Below, in pieces: positions 8,632 to 18,052 of a DNA stretch of 64,000 bases. The stretch covers positions 1,295,985 through 1,359,984 of the forward strand of contig JBDRZU010000001.1 in assembly GCA_039804105.1 (NCBI GenBank), in the 5' to 3' direction. The position numbers and the translations under genes are program-made. Below the pieces are notes generated by a model that saw only the letters and a list, made by a program, of their open reading frames with translations, made no database searches and had not been told where the DNA came from. The number at the start of each line of letters is the position of its first letter. Position 1 is the first letter of the stretch. The DNA is from a candidate division WOR-3 bacterium. Its GTDB lineage: Bacteria; Hydrothermota; 32-111.

Positions 8632-9849
8632 ATGCTCATTGATGAACTCAACAAAAGTATGGTTGACTCATTTTTAGAAAAGTTTAAAAGGTTAAATCAA
8701 GAGGAACCTGATAAAAGAATAGTGGAAGGATTTTTGAAAGTTTATAGACATTATTTTGTCCCCTATGTATATGAAGAAAAGGATGGGATTTTTGTGAAGC
8801 AGGATTTGAATTATACATTTTTAAAAGATGAACTTTTGAAAAAAATTTATGTAGATACACCACTTGTTGTTCTTGTAGAAAATAACAAAGTTATTTCAAC
8901 ATCTTCTCAACCATTTGTTATGGCGATCATGGCAAGAGATGCAAACATCAGAGAAGGTGGAAAAATCCTTGAAATAGGAACTGGTTCAGGATACAACGCT
9001 GCGATACTCGCTTATATATCAGGAAAAGAGGAAAATGTTGTTACAATCGAGATAGACAAAAAAGTAACAGAGTTTGCTTTAGAAAATTTGAAAAGGGCAG
9101 GATTTTCAAAGATAAAGGTTATAAACATAGATGGGGGACTTGGATATTCTCAGTTAGCCCCTTATGATTCAATAATAGCAACATGTGGTTGCCCTGAAAT
9201 CCCTTTCTTTGAACAGTTGAAGGATGGAGGGTATCTTTCCATACCACTTGTAACAAGAGGGATTGAAACTCTTGTCTCCTTTAGAAAAGAGAATAACAAA
9301 CTTGTTGGAAAACCAACACTTTTTGTGAAATTCCTTCATTTTGAAGGTGTGTTTTCAGATAAAAGACAATTTGCAAAAAATATTCAATCATTACAAAGAA
9401 TTGTTGAAACTTATGGTAAAAAAAGGGATGATTTAAAGCAAGAACTCTCAGATATTATTGAAAATGAAAACGATGAGGAAAATTTAAAACTCGAAAAAAG
9501 AAAAAGAAGAGCAAATTTTAACTTTTTCCTTGCGATTTCAAATGATGATGCCATCATGTATGAGTCAGATATAAAAGGAAGGGAAAGTGGTTATGGTTTA
9601 TGGCACTCAGTTTTAAAAACATCGGACAATGGACTTGTGATACTTTTTTCGAACGAGATAATAAGTTGGGGAAGCGAGAGTGTTGTTGAGAAATATGTTT
9701 CTTTCTATAAAAAATGGAAAGAATTGAATTGCCCATCTCTTGAAAATTATTCTATAGAATTTTTTCCTGAAAATGTTGCTTTTTCATCCGAAGAAGATGA
9801 CTATACTGTTAACAGAAAATATGGAAGAACTGTTTTCAGATTAACTTAA
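8632..9849 (+). CDS. pcm: protein-L-isoaspartate O-methyltransferase (PIMT/Pcm) fused to ~160-aa C-terminal domain of unknown function
   Basis: An AGGAGA RBS lies 5 nt before the ATG at 8632. The SAM-binding motif VLEIGTGSGYNAAILAYI and the downstream PIMT blocks (APYDSIIATCGCPEIP...GGYLSIPL) are present. The 406-aa product is ~170 aa longer than canonical Pcm. Confidence 0.7.
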   Translation: MLIDELNKSMVDSFLEKFKRLNQEEPDKRIVEGFLKVYRHYFVPYVYEEKDGIFVKQDLNYTFLKDELLKKIYVDTPLVVLVENNKVISTSSQPFVMAIMARDANIREGGKILEIGTGSGYNAAILAYISGKEENVVTIEIDKKVTEFALENLKRAGFSKIKVINIDGGLGYSQLAPYDSIIATCGCPEIPFFEQLKDGGYLSIPLVTRGIETLVSFRKENNKLVGKPTLFVKFLHFEGVFSDKRQFAKNIQSLQRIVETYGKKRDDLKQELSDIIENENDEENLKLEKRKRRANFNFFLAISNDDAIMYESDIKGRESGYGLWHSVLKTSDNGLVILFSNEIISWGSESVVEKYVSFYKKWKELNCPSLENYSIEFFPENVAFSSEEDDYTVNRKYGRTVFRLT

Positions 9850-10661
9850 TTTTTAAGAAGCAAAATACGGACTGCAACAATAAATAGGGCAACCGAAAGA
9901 AAATATAAAAGAAATTCATCTTTGACTTTTTTTGAAAGTTTTGCTCCAATCTGAGCCCCTGGGATTATTCCGAGAATAAGAAAAAAAGAGTTCAAAAGAA
10001 TAAATTTATCGATACCGGATAGTATATGGGTTAAAACGCTAACAAAACTCATCACCATCAGAACAAAATGTGATGTTGCGGTCGCTATATGAGGTGGGAA
10101 GCATAAAAGTTTTATCATAAATGGAACATGTAATACTCCACCACCGATTCCAAAAATTGGTGAAAGAAAACCGACAATAAAACTTAAAATTAAACCTGTT
10201 AAAAGATTATATGAAAATTTAAACTCATTATCAAATCCATCTTTGATATAACAAGTTTTTAAAAAATTAGAAAAATTTTTCTCATTCTGTTCAATTCTTT
10301 TAAAGAAGAGTAGAAATAAAGTTATAAATATCAGAAAAATTCCAAATATGAGATTATATCTTTCTCTGTTTATATGGTTTGTTATAATTGTTCCAGCTAT
10401 AGAACCTGGTATGATTATCAAAGAAAAAAGGAAAGCAGTTTGAAGTTCAACCCTTTTCATTTTTAAATATGCGTATGTTCCTGAAAGTGAATTGAAAAAT
10501 ATTGAAATCATCGATATAGATGTTAACTCTTTTGGTGTTTTGTTTGAAAAGTATACCATCATAAAAGGCATCAATAAAAATCCACCACCAGCTCCCATAA
10601 GAGTTCCTATGATTCCCACTAAAAATCCAACAGGTATCAAAATTAATATTTTCATAAACAA
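9846..10661 (-). CDS. TauE/SafE (DUF81) family sulfite/anion exporter
   Basis: The 271-aa polytopic membrane protein has two GxGGG-type motifs (MGAGGGFLLMP and PIFGIGGGVLHVP), the TauE/SafE hallmark. It converges on the pcm gene with a 4-nt overlap. Confidence 0.6.
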   Translation of the reverse strand: MFMKILILIPVGFLVGIIGTLMGAGGGFLLMPFMMVYFSNKTPKELTSISMISIFFNSLSGTYAYLKMKRVELQTAFLFSLIIIPGSIAGTIITNHINRERYNLIFGIFLIFITLFLLFFKRIEQNEKNFSNFLKTCYIKDGFDNEFKFSYNLLTGLILSFIVGFLSPIFGIGGGVLHVPFMIKLLCFPPHIATATSHFVLMVMSFVSVLTHILSGIDKFILLNSFFLILGIIPGAQIGAKLSKKVKDEFLLYFLSVALFIVAVRILLLKN

Positions 10662-10705
10662 GATTATAACAGACCTTTTGAAAATTTAAAAGAAAATTTA
10701 CATAA

Positions 10706-10733
10706 TTGACTAATGTAAAATATAAAATATACT
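10706..10733 (+). promoter_or_regulatory. sigma70-like promoter TTGACT-16 nt-TATACT upstream of the 10736 gene
   Basis: TTGACT sits at 10706-10711 and TATACT at 10728-10733. The ORF-track TTG start at 10706 is the -35 box. Confidence 0.4.
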
Positions 10734-10735
10734 TT

Positions 10736-12178
10736 ATGATTAGTATGGATAATTTAAAAAAATTTTTTGTTATCTTTTCACTTATTATTATTTTTATAAA
10801 CATTTTATTTTCAAGTGAAATCACAATTTCAGATTATTATTACAAAACAATAGAAGCGGGCGAAAGATTATACATAAATGGGCTATATGGAGTAGAGAGT
10901 TATTCAATAGATTTTAACAGAAAACTTTTTTCAGATGGTGGAGTTTTAAAATTTGAAGGTGATAGATTACTTGTTGGAAGTTTGAGACAGGATCTTATTC
11001 CTGGAACCGTTGATACTATAATATTTTCAACAAAAGAAGGAATGGAATATCTTGAACTAAAGATCTCCCCTTCAGATTTTGACCTAAGAATTGATAGTGT
11101 TAGAAGTTCTGTTAAAGGAAGAGTTTTGTTTTTTTATAACAACAATTTCATAAAAAATGGAATAGATTCCTTGTTCTTATTGTATGAATCAAACGAGAAT
11201 TTTGTTTCCCAAAAGATCTTTTCAATTCTTGAAGATAGCTCTAACGATAATAACTCTTTTCCTTTTGAAATAAAAAAACCTGTTGATGAAAAAGATTATT
11301 CAATTTCTTTGGTTAAATTTACAGGGTCACTCTCTGATACTTTTTACTACCTTGAAGGTTTTACAACAAAAGCAAAAATTGAGAATTTCGTTTATCCCTT
11401 TCTAATGGATTCGAGAAGTAAAATGGTAACAGATAACATCACAGGACTTTATTCAGATTTCAATTTTGATTTTATAAGTACATTTTATAATTATGAAATT
11501 CCATCAGAATCGATTATTCAATATGATTCAAAATATTTTGTTTATTTGAATGTTGATGGTGGGAAACTTTTAAAAGAAACAAAATTTCTATCAGAACTAA
11601 AAGAGATATCAAAAAAGGTTCCAACTTTTATATTTACAAGAAACATAATACAATTTTTAAATCTACCTGAAAACAGGAGTTCAAAGGATTTTTTAGAGTT
11701 GATGTTTGGTATAGAGTTTAGAGAATATGATGAAATAGAGCAAAAAGAATTTTTACTCGATCCACTTGATAATGAAGATGTAGAATTTTTCTGGGACAAA
11801 AGTGTTAATGATTACAGTGCATATTATCTATCCGATACAATATCTTTTTTTATGTATCTTCCAAAAAATTTGAACATTGATATTCTTGATCAGATTTTAA
11901 GAAATGCAAAAAACATCAAAAAACAAGAAATCTTTGGAAAACTCTCTTCAATTATAGAATTTGAAAATCCTGATAAAAACGAAATAAAAATTTCCTATTA
12001 TGATAATAGAGGAAATTTTATTGGAGAAGTATTTCAAGATATAAATTATTTAAACATAGTTCTTCTTGATATCTCAAAAACCTTTAAGCAGAATTTTGTT
12101 AGTGGTGATGGATTTTATATTTATAAGGTCTATTCAGGTGGGGAAGAAAAAAGAAAGGGTATATTTTTAGTATTTTGA
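10736..12178 (+). CDS. secreted hypothetical protein (signal peptide; C-terminus ends with aromatic/Phe residue, possibly outer membrane)
   Basis: The ATG at 10736 (or the second ATG at 10745) gives MISMDNLKKFFVIFSLIIIFINILFS with a hydrophobic signal peptide. I recognise no family. The C-terminus is ...KGIFLVF. Confidence 0.4.
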   Translation: MISMDNLKKFFVIFSLIIIFINILFSSEITISDYYYKTIEAGERLYINGLYGVESYSIDFNRKLFSDGGVLKFEGDRLLVGSLRQDLIPGTVDTIIFSTKEGMEYLELKISPSDFDLRIDSVRSSVKGRVLFFYNNNFIKNGIDSLFLLYESNENFVSQKIFSILEDSSNDNNSFPFEIKKPVDEKDYSISLVKFTGSLSDTFYYLEGFTTKAKIENFVYPFLMDSRSKMVTDNITGLYSDFNFDFISTFYNYEIPSESIIQYDSKYFVYLNVDGGKLLKETKFLSELKEISKKVPTFIFTRNIIQFLNLPENRSSKDFLELMFGIEFREYDEIEQKEFLLDPLDNEDVEFFWDKSVNDYSAYYLSDTISFFMYLPKNLNIDILDQILRNAKNIKKQEIFGKLSSIIEFENPDKNEIKISYYDNRGNFIGEVFQDINYLNIVLLDISKTFKQNFVSGDGFYIYKVYSGGEEKRKGIFLVF

Positions 12179-12225
12179 TTCTTTTATATCCTTGACAATC
12201 TTTCTTTCGAACTTAAATTGAAATA

Positions 12226-13452
12226 ATGGAAAACATTATAAAACTTGTTATTTCTTTACCAGGATTATCAATTTTTTATTCAATGTCAGAATATCTTTTG
12301 ATTGGTTTTTTAGCAGCAGGTATTGCAAAATTTTTTGTTTCTGAAGATCAAATATATAAAAATTTATCTGGCAAAAGATTTTCAGATATTTTTAAAGCAG
12401 CAGTTCTTGGAGTTCCAATTCCAGTTTGTTCATGTGGAGTTATACCTCTTGTTGAACATTTAAAAAGAAGTGGTGCTTCAAAAAAATCAATAGTTTCTTT
12501 TTTAATCTCAACACCAACAACAGGTTTTGATTCTATTCTTGCAACATATTCTCTTTTGGGGCCAATTTTTGCTGTTTTTAGACCAATAAGTTCTTTTTGG
12601 GGTGGACTGCTTGGGGGAACACTTGTCAAATTTTTTGTTAAAGAAGAAGATGTTGTAATTGAAAAAGAAGTAAAAGTATGTGAATATTTAGATGGAAAAA
12701 ATAGAAATTTAAAAGAAAAATTTTTACAATCCTTAAAATATTCATTTTTTGAATTGGTTGAATCAACTGGGAAATGGATAATTTTGGGAATAGTTTTAGG
12801 AACATTGATCTCCTTTCTTATACCCGATACTGTTTTTAAAAACTATTTTTCAAATAGATTTCTTTCATATCTTTTTATGATGTTTGTTGGAATTCCTTTG
12901 TATGTTTGTGCAACAGGTTCGATTCCAATCGCTCTTTCTCTTATCTTAAAAGGTATTTCTCCTGGTGCTGCTCTTGTTTTTTTGATTACAGGACCTGCGA
13001 CCAATAGTGCAACGATACTTTTTGTTTTAAAAAGATTGGGGAAAAAAACACTTCTGGTATACTTGATTTCTGTTGTAATAATATCAATTGTTTCTGGTTT
13101 TATTCTTGATCTTATTTTTAATAATTTTGATTTTACAATACAAAAGAACATGCATAGCCATACACAAGAGATAAATTATTTGAAATTACTTTCTTCTTTA
13201 ATTTTGATCGTATTAATTTTAAGACCATATTTTATAAGAATCTGGAGGAAAAAGATGGAAGGTAGAAAATTTTATGTTCCGGATATATCGTGTTCTCATT
13301 GTGCTAAAACCATAGAGAATAGTGTTATAAAAGTAAAGGGAGTAAAAAAGGTATTTGTTGATATTAAAAGGAAAGAAGTTTATGTGCAAGGAGAGTTCGA
13401 CAACTTAGAAGTTGAACAGGCGATCAGGGATGCAGGATATACTCCACAATAA
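12226..13452 (+). CDS. DUF318/ArsP-like permease fused to C-terminal heavy-metal-associated (HMA) domain
   Basis: The 408-aa membrane protein carries the DUF318 signature including a CSC motif (GVPIPVCSCGVIPL), similar to the TPFcSCS motif of organoarsenical permease ArsP. The C-terminal ~70 aa is an HMA domain with a CxxC motif (ISCSHCAKTIE...VKGVKKV). Confidence 0.6.
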   Translation: MENIIKLVISLPGLSIFYSMSEYLLIGFLAAGIAKFFVSEDQIYKNLSGKRFSDIFKAAVLGVPIPVCSCGVIPLVEHLKRSGASKKSIVSFLISTPTTGFDSILATYSLLGPIFAVFRPISSFWGGLLGGTLVKFFVKEEDVVIEKEVKVCEYLDGKNRNLKEKFLQSLKYSFFELVESTGKWIILGIVLGTLISFLIPDTVFKNYFSNRFLSYLFMMFVGIPLYVCATGSIPIALSLILKGISPGAALVFLITGPATNSATILFVLKRLGKKTLLVYLISVVIISIVSGFILDLIFNNFDFTIQKNMHSHTQEINYLKLLSSLILIVLILRPYFIRIWRKKMEGRKFYVPDISCSHCAKTIENSVIKVKGVKKVFVDIKRKEVYVQGEFDNLEVEQAIRDAGYTPQ

Positions 13453-13462
13453 ACTTTTAAAG

Positions 13463-13490
13463 TTGATATTTTTTTACAATAATTTATAAT
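13463..13490 (+). promoter_or_regulatory. near-consensus sigma70 promoter TTGATA-16 nt-TATAAT upstream of C25 peptidase gene
   Basis: TTGATA lies at 13463-13468 and TATAAT at 13485-13490. An AAGAGG RBS lies at 13497-13502, 6 nt before the ATG at 13509. Confidence 0.55.
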
Positions 13491-13508
13491 TTTTAGTAAG
13501 AGGTTTTT

Positions 13509-16500
13509 ATGAATAAAAAAATTCTTTTTATTTTTTTATTGTTTTTATATATCTTAATCTATTCAGAAAAATTGGAAATAAACTTTCAAAAGGAAAATGA
13601 TCTTAGAGAGATCAGTATTTTAAAAGTAATGGAAAACAAATTTAATGTTAACCTTCCATCTTATATTATATTTTTTAAAGATAAGTCAATCAAACTTCAA
13701 AATGTTGAATTTGAAAATTTGTCTGAGATAAAAGATTATAAGTTAGTAAATTTTTTCCAACAACCGTTATCTATAAGAAAAGTTGAACATGAAAAGTTAT
13801 TCAAAGGAGAATTGAAAGAATATTTTCAGTATTCTCCTTCTAATAATTCTATAAAAATATTTCCATATTTTATAAAAGATGGAAAAATATTTTCATATGA
13901 GAAAGCGATTATTTCCTATTCAAAAGGTTTCCCCTTCAAAGAAAAAGAAAATTCTTTGTATGATTATCTTATAATAACTTCAATAAAATATGATACTGTT
14001 TTTTCACGCCTTAAAGAATGGAAAATAAAAAAAGGATATAAAACAAAATTAAGTTTCATAGAATCGATACTCCCACACTATTCGGGAGTTGATAGTGCTG
14101 AAAAGATAAGGAATTACATAATAGATGAATATAACTCAAACAGGTTCAAATACCTTTTGCTTGGTGGTGATAGAGCGATTATACCTGTAAGACGGCTTTA
14201 TGCTATGAACTGCAATGCTGATTATTATCCAGATGAGGATTCAATACCTTCAGATTTATACTATTCAAATCTTGATGGAAACTTTAATTTTGATGGAGAT
14301 AATATTTGGGGAGAGATTGAGGATTCTTCTGATCTTATTCCTGAGGTTATAGTTGGAAGAATACTTTTTGACACGATTTATTATGGTCCATCTCCAATAA
14401 TATCAAGAATAATAGATTATGATCGTGTAAAAAATATTGAGCATCTTTCAAGAGGTGTTTTTCTTGGAATGGTTCTTTGGGATGATCCGATGACTTCTGG
14501 TGGAGTTGCAAAAGATATGATAGATAATGATATAATTCCTCAAGATTTTCATCTTTTAAAATTTTATGAAGATTTGGGACATACTGGAAAGGCGGATATT
14601 CTTGATTCTCTTGATATGGGTTACAACATAGTTAACCACAATGGACACGGTTCTTTTAAAGGGGTATGGGTTGATTATAAAACTGCTATCACAAGAGGAG
14701 ATGCAACAACTTTGACTAACGGAAGTAAAACTGGACTTTTTTATTCAATAGGATGTTGGGTGGGGGCTTTTGATCGAGAGGATACTACCTATATTCTACA
14801 TTCGATAACAGAAAATTTTCAGGATTCTCCAACAGGTGGGTTTATCTCTCTCATAACAAATTCAAGATATGGTTGGGGTGCTCCAGGTTATCCAGGGTAT
14901 GGTGTTTCTGAGGTGCTTGATTACAGGTTTTTCCAAATTCTTTTTCAAGAAAGTGAATACAAAAGACCAGCAGAAATTTTAAACCAGGTGAAAAGTGAAA
15001 TCGAACCTTTTTCGTATGATGAGAATCTCTATAGATGGCATATTTATCAGTTGAACTACTTTGGTGATCCAGAACTTCCAATATTTACACAAAATCCTAA
15101 CAATTTGAATGTATTTTTCAAAAAGAACACAGATTTTATCGAAATATTTATTAGAGACCAAAACGATTATCCAGTAAACAATGTTTTGGTATGTTTTTCA
15201 AAAGATACTATTTTAAGAAGAGGTATTACTGATGGTAATGGATATATAAGTTTTTTAACAAATGGAATAAATGATAGTGATTACATATACTTTGTTGCGA
15301 GCAAGGTGAATTATAAAACCGTCTATGATTCATTGGTTTTGAAAAATGTTGGAACCAAATATGTCTCAATCTTTTCAGATAGTTTTTATGCTGGTGCAAA
15401 CAACTATTTGAAGATAAAAAATTTTGATCTAACTCCACACAATATTAAACTGGTTTCAAAATTCTTGAACGATGAACTTATTTTGCAGGGTAGTTCAACA
15501 GATTCTATAATTTATGTTCCGCTGTCTTCAGGTGAAATTATAGATACTCTTTATCTTTATATTGATAATGTTCTTGAAGACACACTTTTTTTAAAAATTT
15601 ATAAATTGAAATTTTCCGTTGAAAACCTTTACTTTTCAAATTCAAACTTTAATTTAAAAATTAAAAAAGAAAAAAGTCCTGTAGTTGAAAATGCAAAATT
15701 CCGTGTTGTTCTTCAAGGTTCTTACAATCTTCTTGATACTATATTTTTTGAGAATATGGACAGTATTATTCAGAAAACATTTTTCTGTGGTGTTCCAACT
15801 GGAGAAAATTATTTAAAATTTTCTTTTTACATCTATAAAAACGATACACTCCTTGCTCAGAAAACTGATTATCTGAACAATGGAGAATATTCTTTTTATG
15901 ATGATTTTATCGGAGATCTGTCAAAATGGGAGCAGTATACTTCAAATTGGATCATAACAAAAAATCAAAATCTTCATCCGGGAAACGAAACTGGTTATTT
16001 CAACAACATGTCTGATACGATAACATCCAAGGAGTTTTATATATATCCTCAAACATCGTGTTCTATTTATATATATGCCAAACTTCCTGTTCTTGAATTT
16101 TACAACTCTCAGCCGATTTTTGATGTTGATGGTATTTTTATAAACCTTCTGAAAAATGATACAATAAAAATACTTGATTTTATATCCTCAGGAGGTGCAT
16201 TGACAAAGGATTCATCTCTTGTTGTAAAGGGATGGAAAGTTTATAATATGAAAGTTGATTCTGTTGAAAAAGCAAAACTGCAATTTGTTTTCAGAAGTGA
16301 TTCTGTTATCATAGATAGTGGAGTTTTTATAAGTTATGTTAAGGTAAAACCAAAATTCTTCTATTCTGAAACAACAGGTATAATAAGAACAGATACAAAT
16401 GTTATACATAAAGATAAATTAACATACTATTTTAAAGGACTAAAAGGTGTATGGAAAGTTAAAGTTTTCTCGATCGATGGAAGAATTATTAAAAATTTCA

Positions 16501-16619
16501 CATTCGAAAACAAAAACAGTTTCACTTTTGATTTGAAAAATTTTTCAAATGGTGTATATTTTGTGGTGTTTGAAAACGAAAAAATCTTTTTTAAAGATAA
16601 GATATTAATCTTAAAATGA
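13509..16619 (+). CDS. peptidase C25 (gingipain/PorU family) with T9SS C-terminal sorting domain
   Basis: The 1036-aa product has a signal peptide and the C25 N-terminal pattern (YLLLGGDRAIIPVRR...SDLYYSNLDGNFNFDGD...VGRILFD). A clan-CD His-Gly/Cys dyad context is present (NHNGHGSF ... YSIGCWVGAF). The C-terminus (NGVYFVVFENEKIFFKDKILILK) is a Por-secretion CTD. Confidence 0.7.
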   Translation: MNKKILFIFLLFLYILIYSEKLEINFQKENDLREISILKVMENKFNVNLPSYIIFFKDKSIKLQNVEFENLSEIKDYKLVNFFQQPLSIRKVEHEKLFKGELKEYFQYSPSNNSIKIFPYFIKDGKIFSYEKAIISYSKGFPFKEKENSLYDYLIITSIKYDTVFSRLKEWKIKKGYKTKLSFIESILPHYSGVDSAEKIRNYIIDEYNSNRFKYLLLGGDRAIIPVRRLYAMNCNADYYPDEDSIPSDLYYSNLDGNFNFDGDNIWGEIEDSSDLIPEVIVGRILFDTIYYGPSPIISRIIDYDRVKNIEHLSRGVFLGMVLWDDPMTSGGVAKDMIDNDIIPQDFHLLKFYEDLGHTGKADILDSLDMGYNIVNHNGHGSFKGVWVDYKTAITRGDATTLTNGSKTGLFYSIGCWVGAFDREDTTYILHSITENFQDSPTGGFISLITNSRYGWGAPGYPGYGVSEVLDYRFFQILFQESEYKRPAEILNQVKSEIEPFSYDENLYRWHIYQLNYFGDPELPIFTQNPNNLNVFFKKNTDFIEIFIRDQNDYPVNNVLVCFSKDTILRRGITDGNGYISFLTNGINDSDYIYFVASKVNYKTVYDSLVLKNVGTKYVSIFSDSFYAGANNYLKIKNFDLTPHNIKLVSKFLNDELILQGSSTDSIIYVPLSSGEIIDTLYLYIDNVLEDTLFLKIYKLKFSVENLYFSNSNFNLKIKKEKSPVVENAKFRVVLQGSYNLLDTIFFENMDSIIQKTFFCGVPTGENYLKFSFYIYKNDTLLAQKTDYLNNGEYSFYDDFIGDLSKWEQYTSNWIITKNQNLHPGNETGYFNNMSDTITSKEFYIYPQTSCSIYIYAKLPVLEFYNSQPIFDVDGIFINLLKNDTIKILDFISSGGALTKDSSLVVKGWKVYNMKVDSVEKAKLQFVFRSDSVIIDSGVFISYVKVKPKFFYSETTGIIRTDTNVIHKDKLTYYFKGLKGVWKVKVFSIDGRIIKNFTFENKNSFTFDLKNFSNGVYFVVFENEKIFFKDKILILK

Positions 16620-16623
16620 TGGT

Positions 16624-17259
16624 ATGAAACAAAGAATAAAACAACTTTTCATCTCAGGAATTTTAGTAATAGTTCCACTTTTTGTAACTGTATTGTTTAT
16701 TACTTTTATAATTTCAAAGTTGGGAGGGTTCTGGGGATTTATTTTTAAAAGTATTCCCTATGTTAGAAATCTCCCTATTTTTGTGATAAATTTTATTGGA
16801 TTTATTCTTTCAATGATTTTAATAATAATTCTTGGTTATATTGGAGAAATGTATATTGGTAAATATCTTATATCTTTCTTTGAAAATGTTCTCCTTTCAA
16901 CACCATTTGTAAAAAATATATATATGCCAACAAAAGAGATAGTCAATCAACTTTTCCAACAAAGAAAAAAATCATTTAAAAGGGTTGTTTTTATAAACTA
17001 TTTTAACAGGGATATGTATACCATAGGGTTTGTAACGAATGATGAAAAATGGTTTATCGATGGAGAGGAAGCATTATCAATTTTTATTCCAACATCTCCG
17101 AACCCAACTTCTGGTTTTTTTGCTGTTATAAAGAAAAAAGATGTTATTGAAACTGATTTCACTCTTGAAGAAGCGTTCAATATAATAGTAACAAGTGGTT
17201 TGTTTATGAATAAGAATGGAGAGATAACAGATGGAAGGAAAGTTAAAAGAGATTCTTAA
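16624..17259 (+). CDS. DUF502 family membrane protein
   Basis: The 211-aa product has an N-terminus MKQRIKQLFISGILVIVPLFVTVLF typical of DUF502, with two TM segments. Confidence 0.5.
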   Translation: MKQRIKQLFISGILVIVPLFVTVLFITFIISKLGGFWGFIFKSIPYVRNLPIFVINFIGFILSMILIIILGYIGEMYIGKYLISFFENVLLSTPFVKNIYMPTKEIVNQLFQQRKKSFKRVVFINYFNRDMYTIGFVTNDEKWFIDGEEALSIFIPTSPNPTSGFFAVIKKKDVIETDFTLEEAFNIIVTSGLFMNKNGEITDGRKVKRDS

Positions 17260-18052
17260 AATACTTTTTGGTAAGAATCCAAATACAAGGGAACAGTTTA
17301 TAAAAGAGATGATAGAGGAATCTGAAGAGAAAAAAATAATCTCTGATGATGAAAAGGATTTGGTAGAAGGTATATTTGAACTTGAAGAAACTTTGATCGG
17401 TGAAATAATGGTTCCAAGAGTTGATGTAAAAGCGGTTCCTTTTGATGAGAGTTTAAATGATGTAGTTGAACTCATAAATAGAACTGGAAAATCAAGAATA
17501 GTTGTCTATCAGGGTAATATTGATAACATTGTTGGAATAATTTACTCAAAAGATATTTTAAGATTTTTTAAAAGCCAAAAAGAACTTTATGCTGTTGAAA
17601 TAGTTAGACCTCCATATTTTGTTCCCGAAACAAAATCTGCCCTTTCAGCTTTAAGAGAGTTTCAAAAAAACCATATTTCGATTGCAGTTGTTATTGATGA
17701 ATATGGTGGTGTTGCAGGTATAGTTACGATGGAGGATATCATCGAAGAGATCGTAGGAGAGATTCAAGATGAACTTGAAAAAGAGGACATAGATTATAAA
17801 AAAATTGATGAGAATACCTTTCTTGTATCGGGAATGATGAACCTCGATGATTTCAACGAAATTATCGGTTCAAACTTTGTTTCTGAAGATGTTAATTCAA
17901 TAGGTGGTTTTGTTGTTTCAAAACTTGAACATCTACCAAGAAAGGGAGAGGTAATTACGATTGATAACTATGAGATAAAAATTCTTGAAACTCATAAGCA
18001 CAGGATAAACAGATTACTTGTAAAGGACATAGGAAAGGCAAAAGAAAAATGA
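17231..18052 (+). CDS. CBS-pair + CorC_HlyC domain protein (CorC/TlyC-like, lacking DUF21 membrane domain)
   Basis: The 273-aa product has tandem CBS domains (EIMVPRVDVKAV ... ) and a C-terminal transporter-associated domain. It overlaps the DUF502 gene by 29 nt. Confidence 0.65.
   Translation: MEGKLKEILKILFGKNPNTREQFIKEMIEESEEKKIISDDEKDLVEGIFELEETLIGEIMVPRVDVKAVPFDESLNDVVELINRTGKSRIVVYQGNIDNIVGIIYSKDILRFFKSQKELYAVEIVRPPYFVPETKSALSALREFQKNHISIAVVIDEYGGVAGIVTMEDIIEEIVGEIQDELEKEDIDYKKIDENTFLVSGMMNLDDFNEIIGSNFVSEDVNSIGGFVVSKLEHLPRKGEVITIDNYEIKILETHKHRINRLLVKDIGKAKEK

Noticed and set aside
12179-12225. Possible SD-less or leaderless start for the ArsP-HMA permease as an annotation error
   Set aside because: TTGACA at 12192 with a weak TAAATT -10 is consistent with a short-leader transcript. 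No better in-frame start with an RBS exists before the first TM segment, so I kept 12226.
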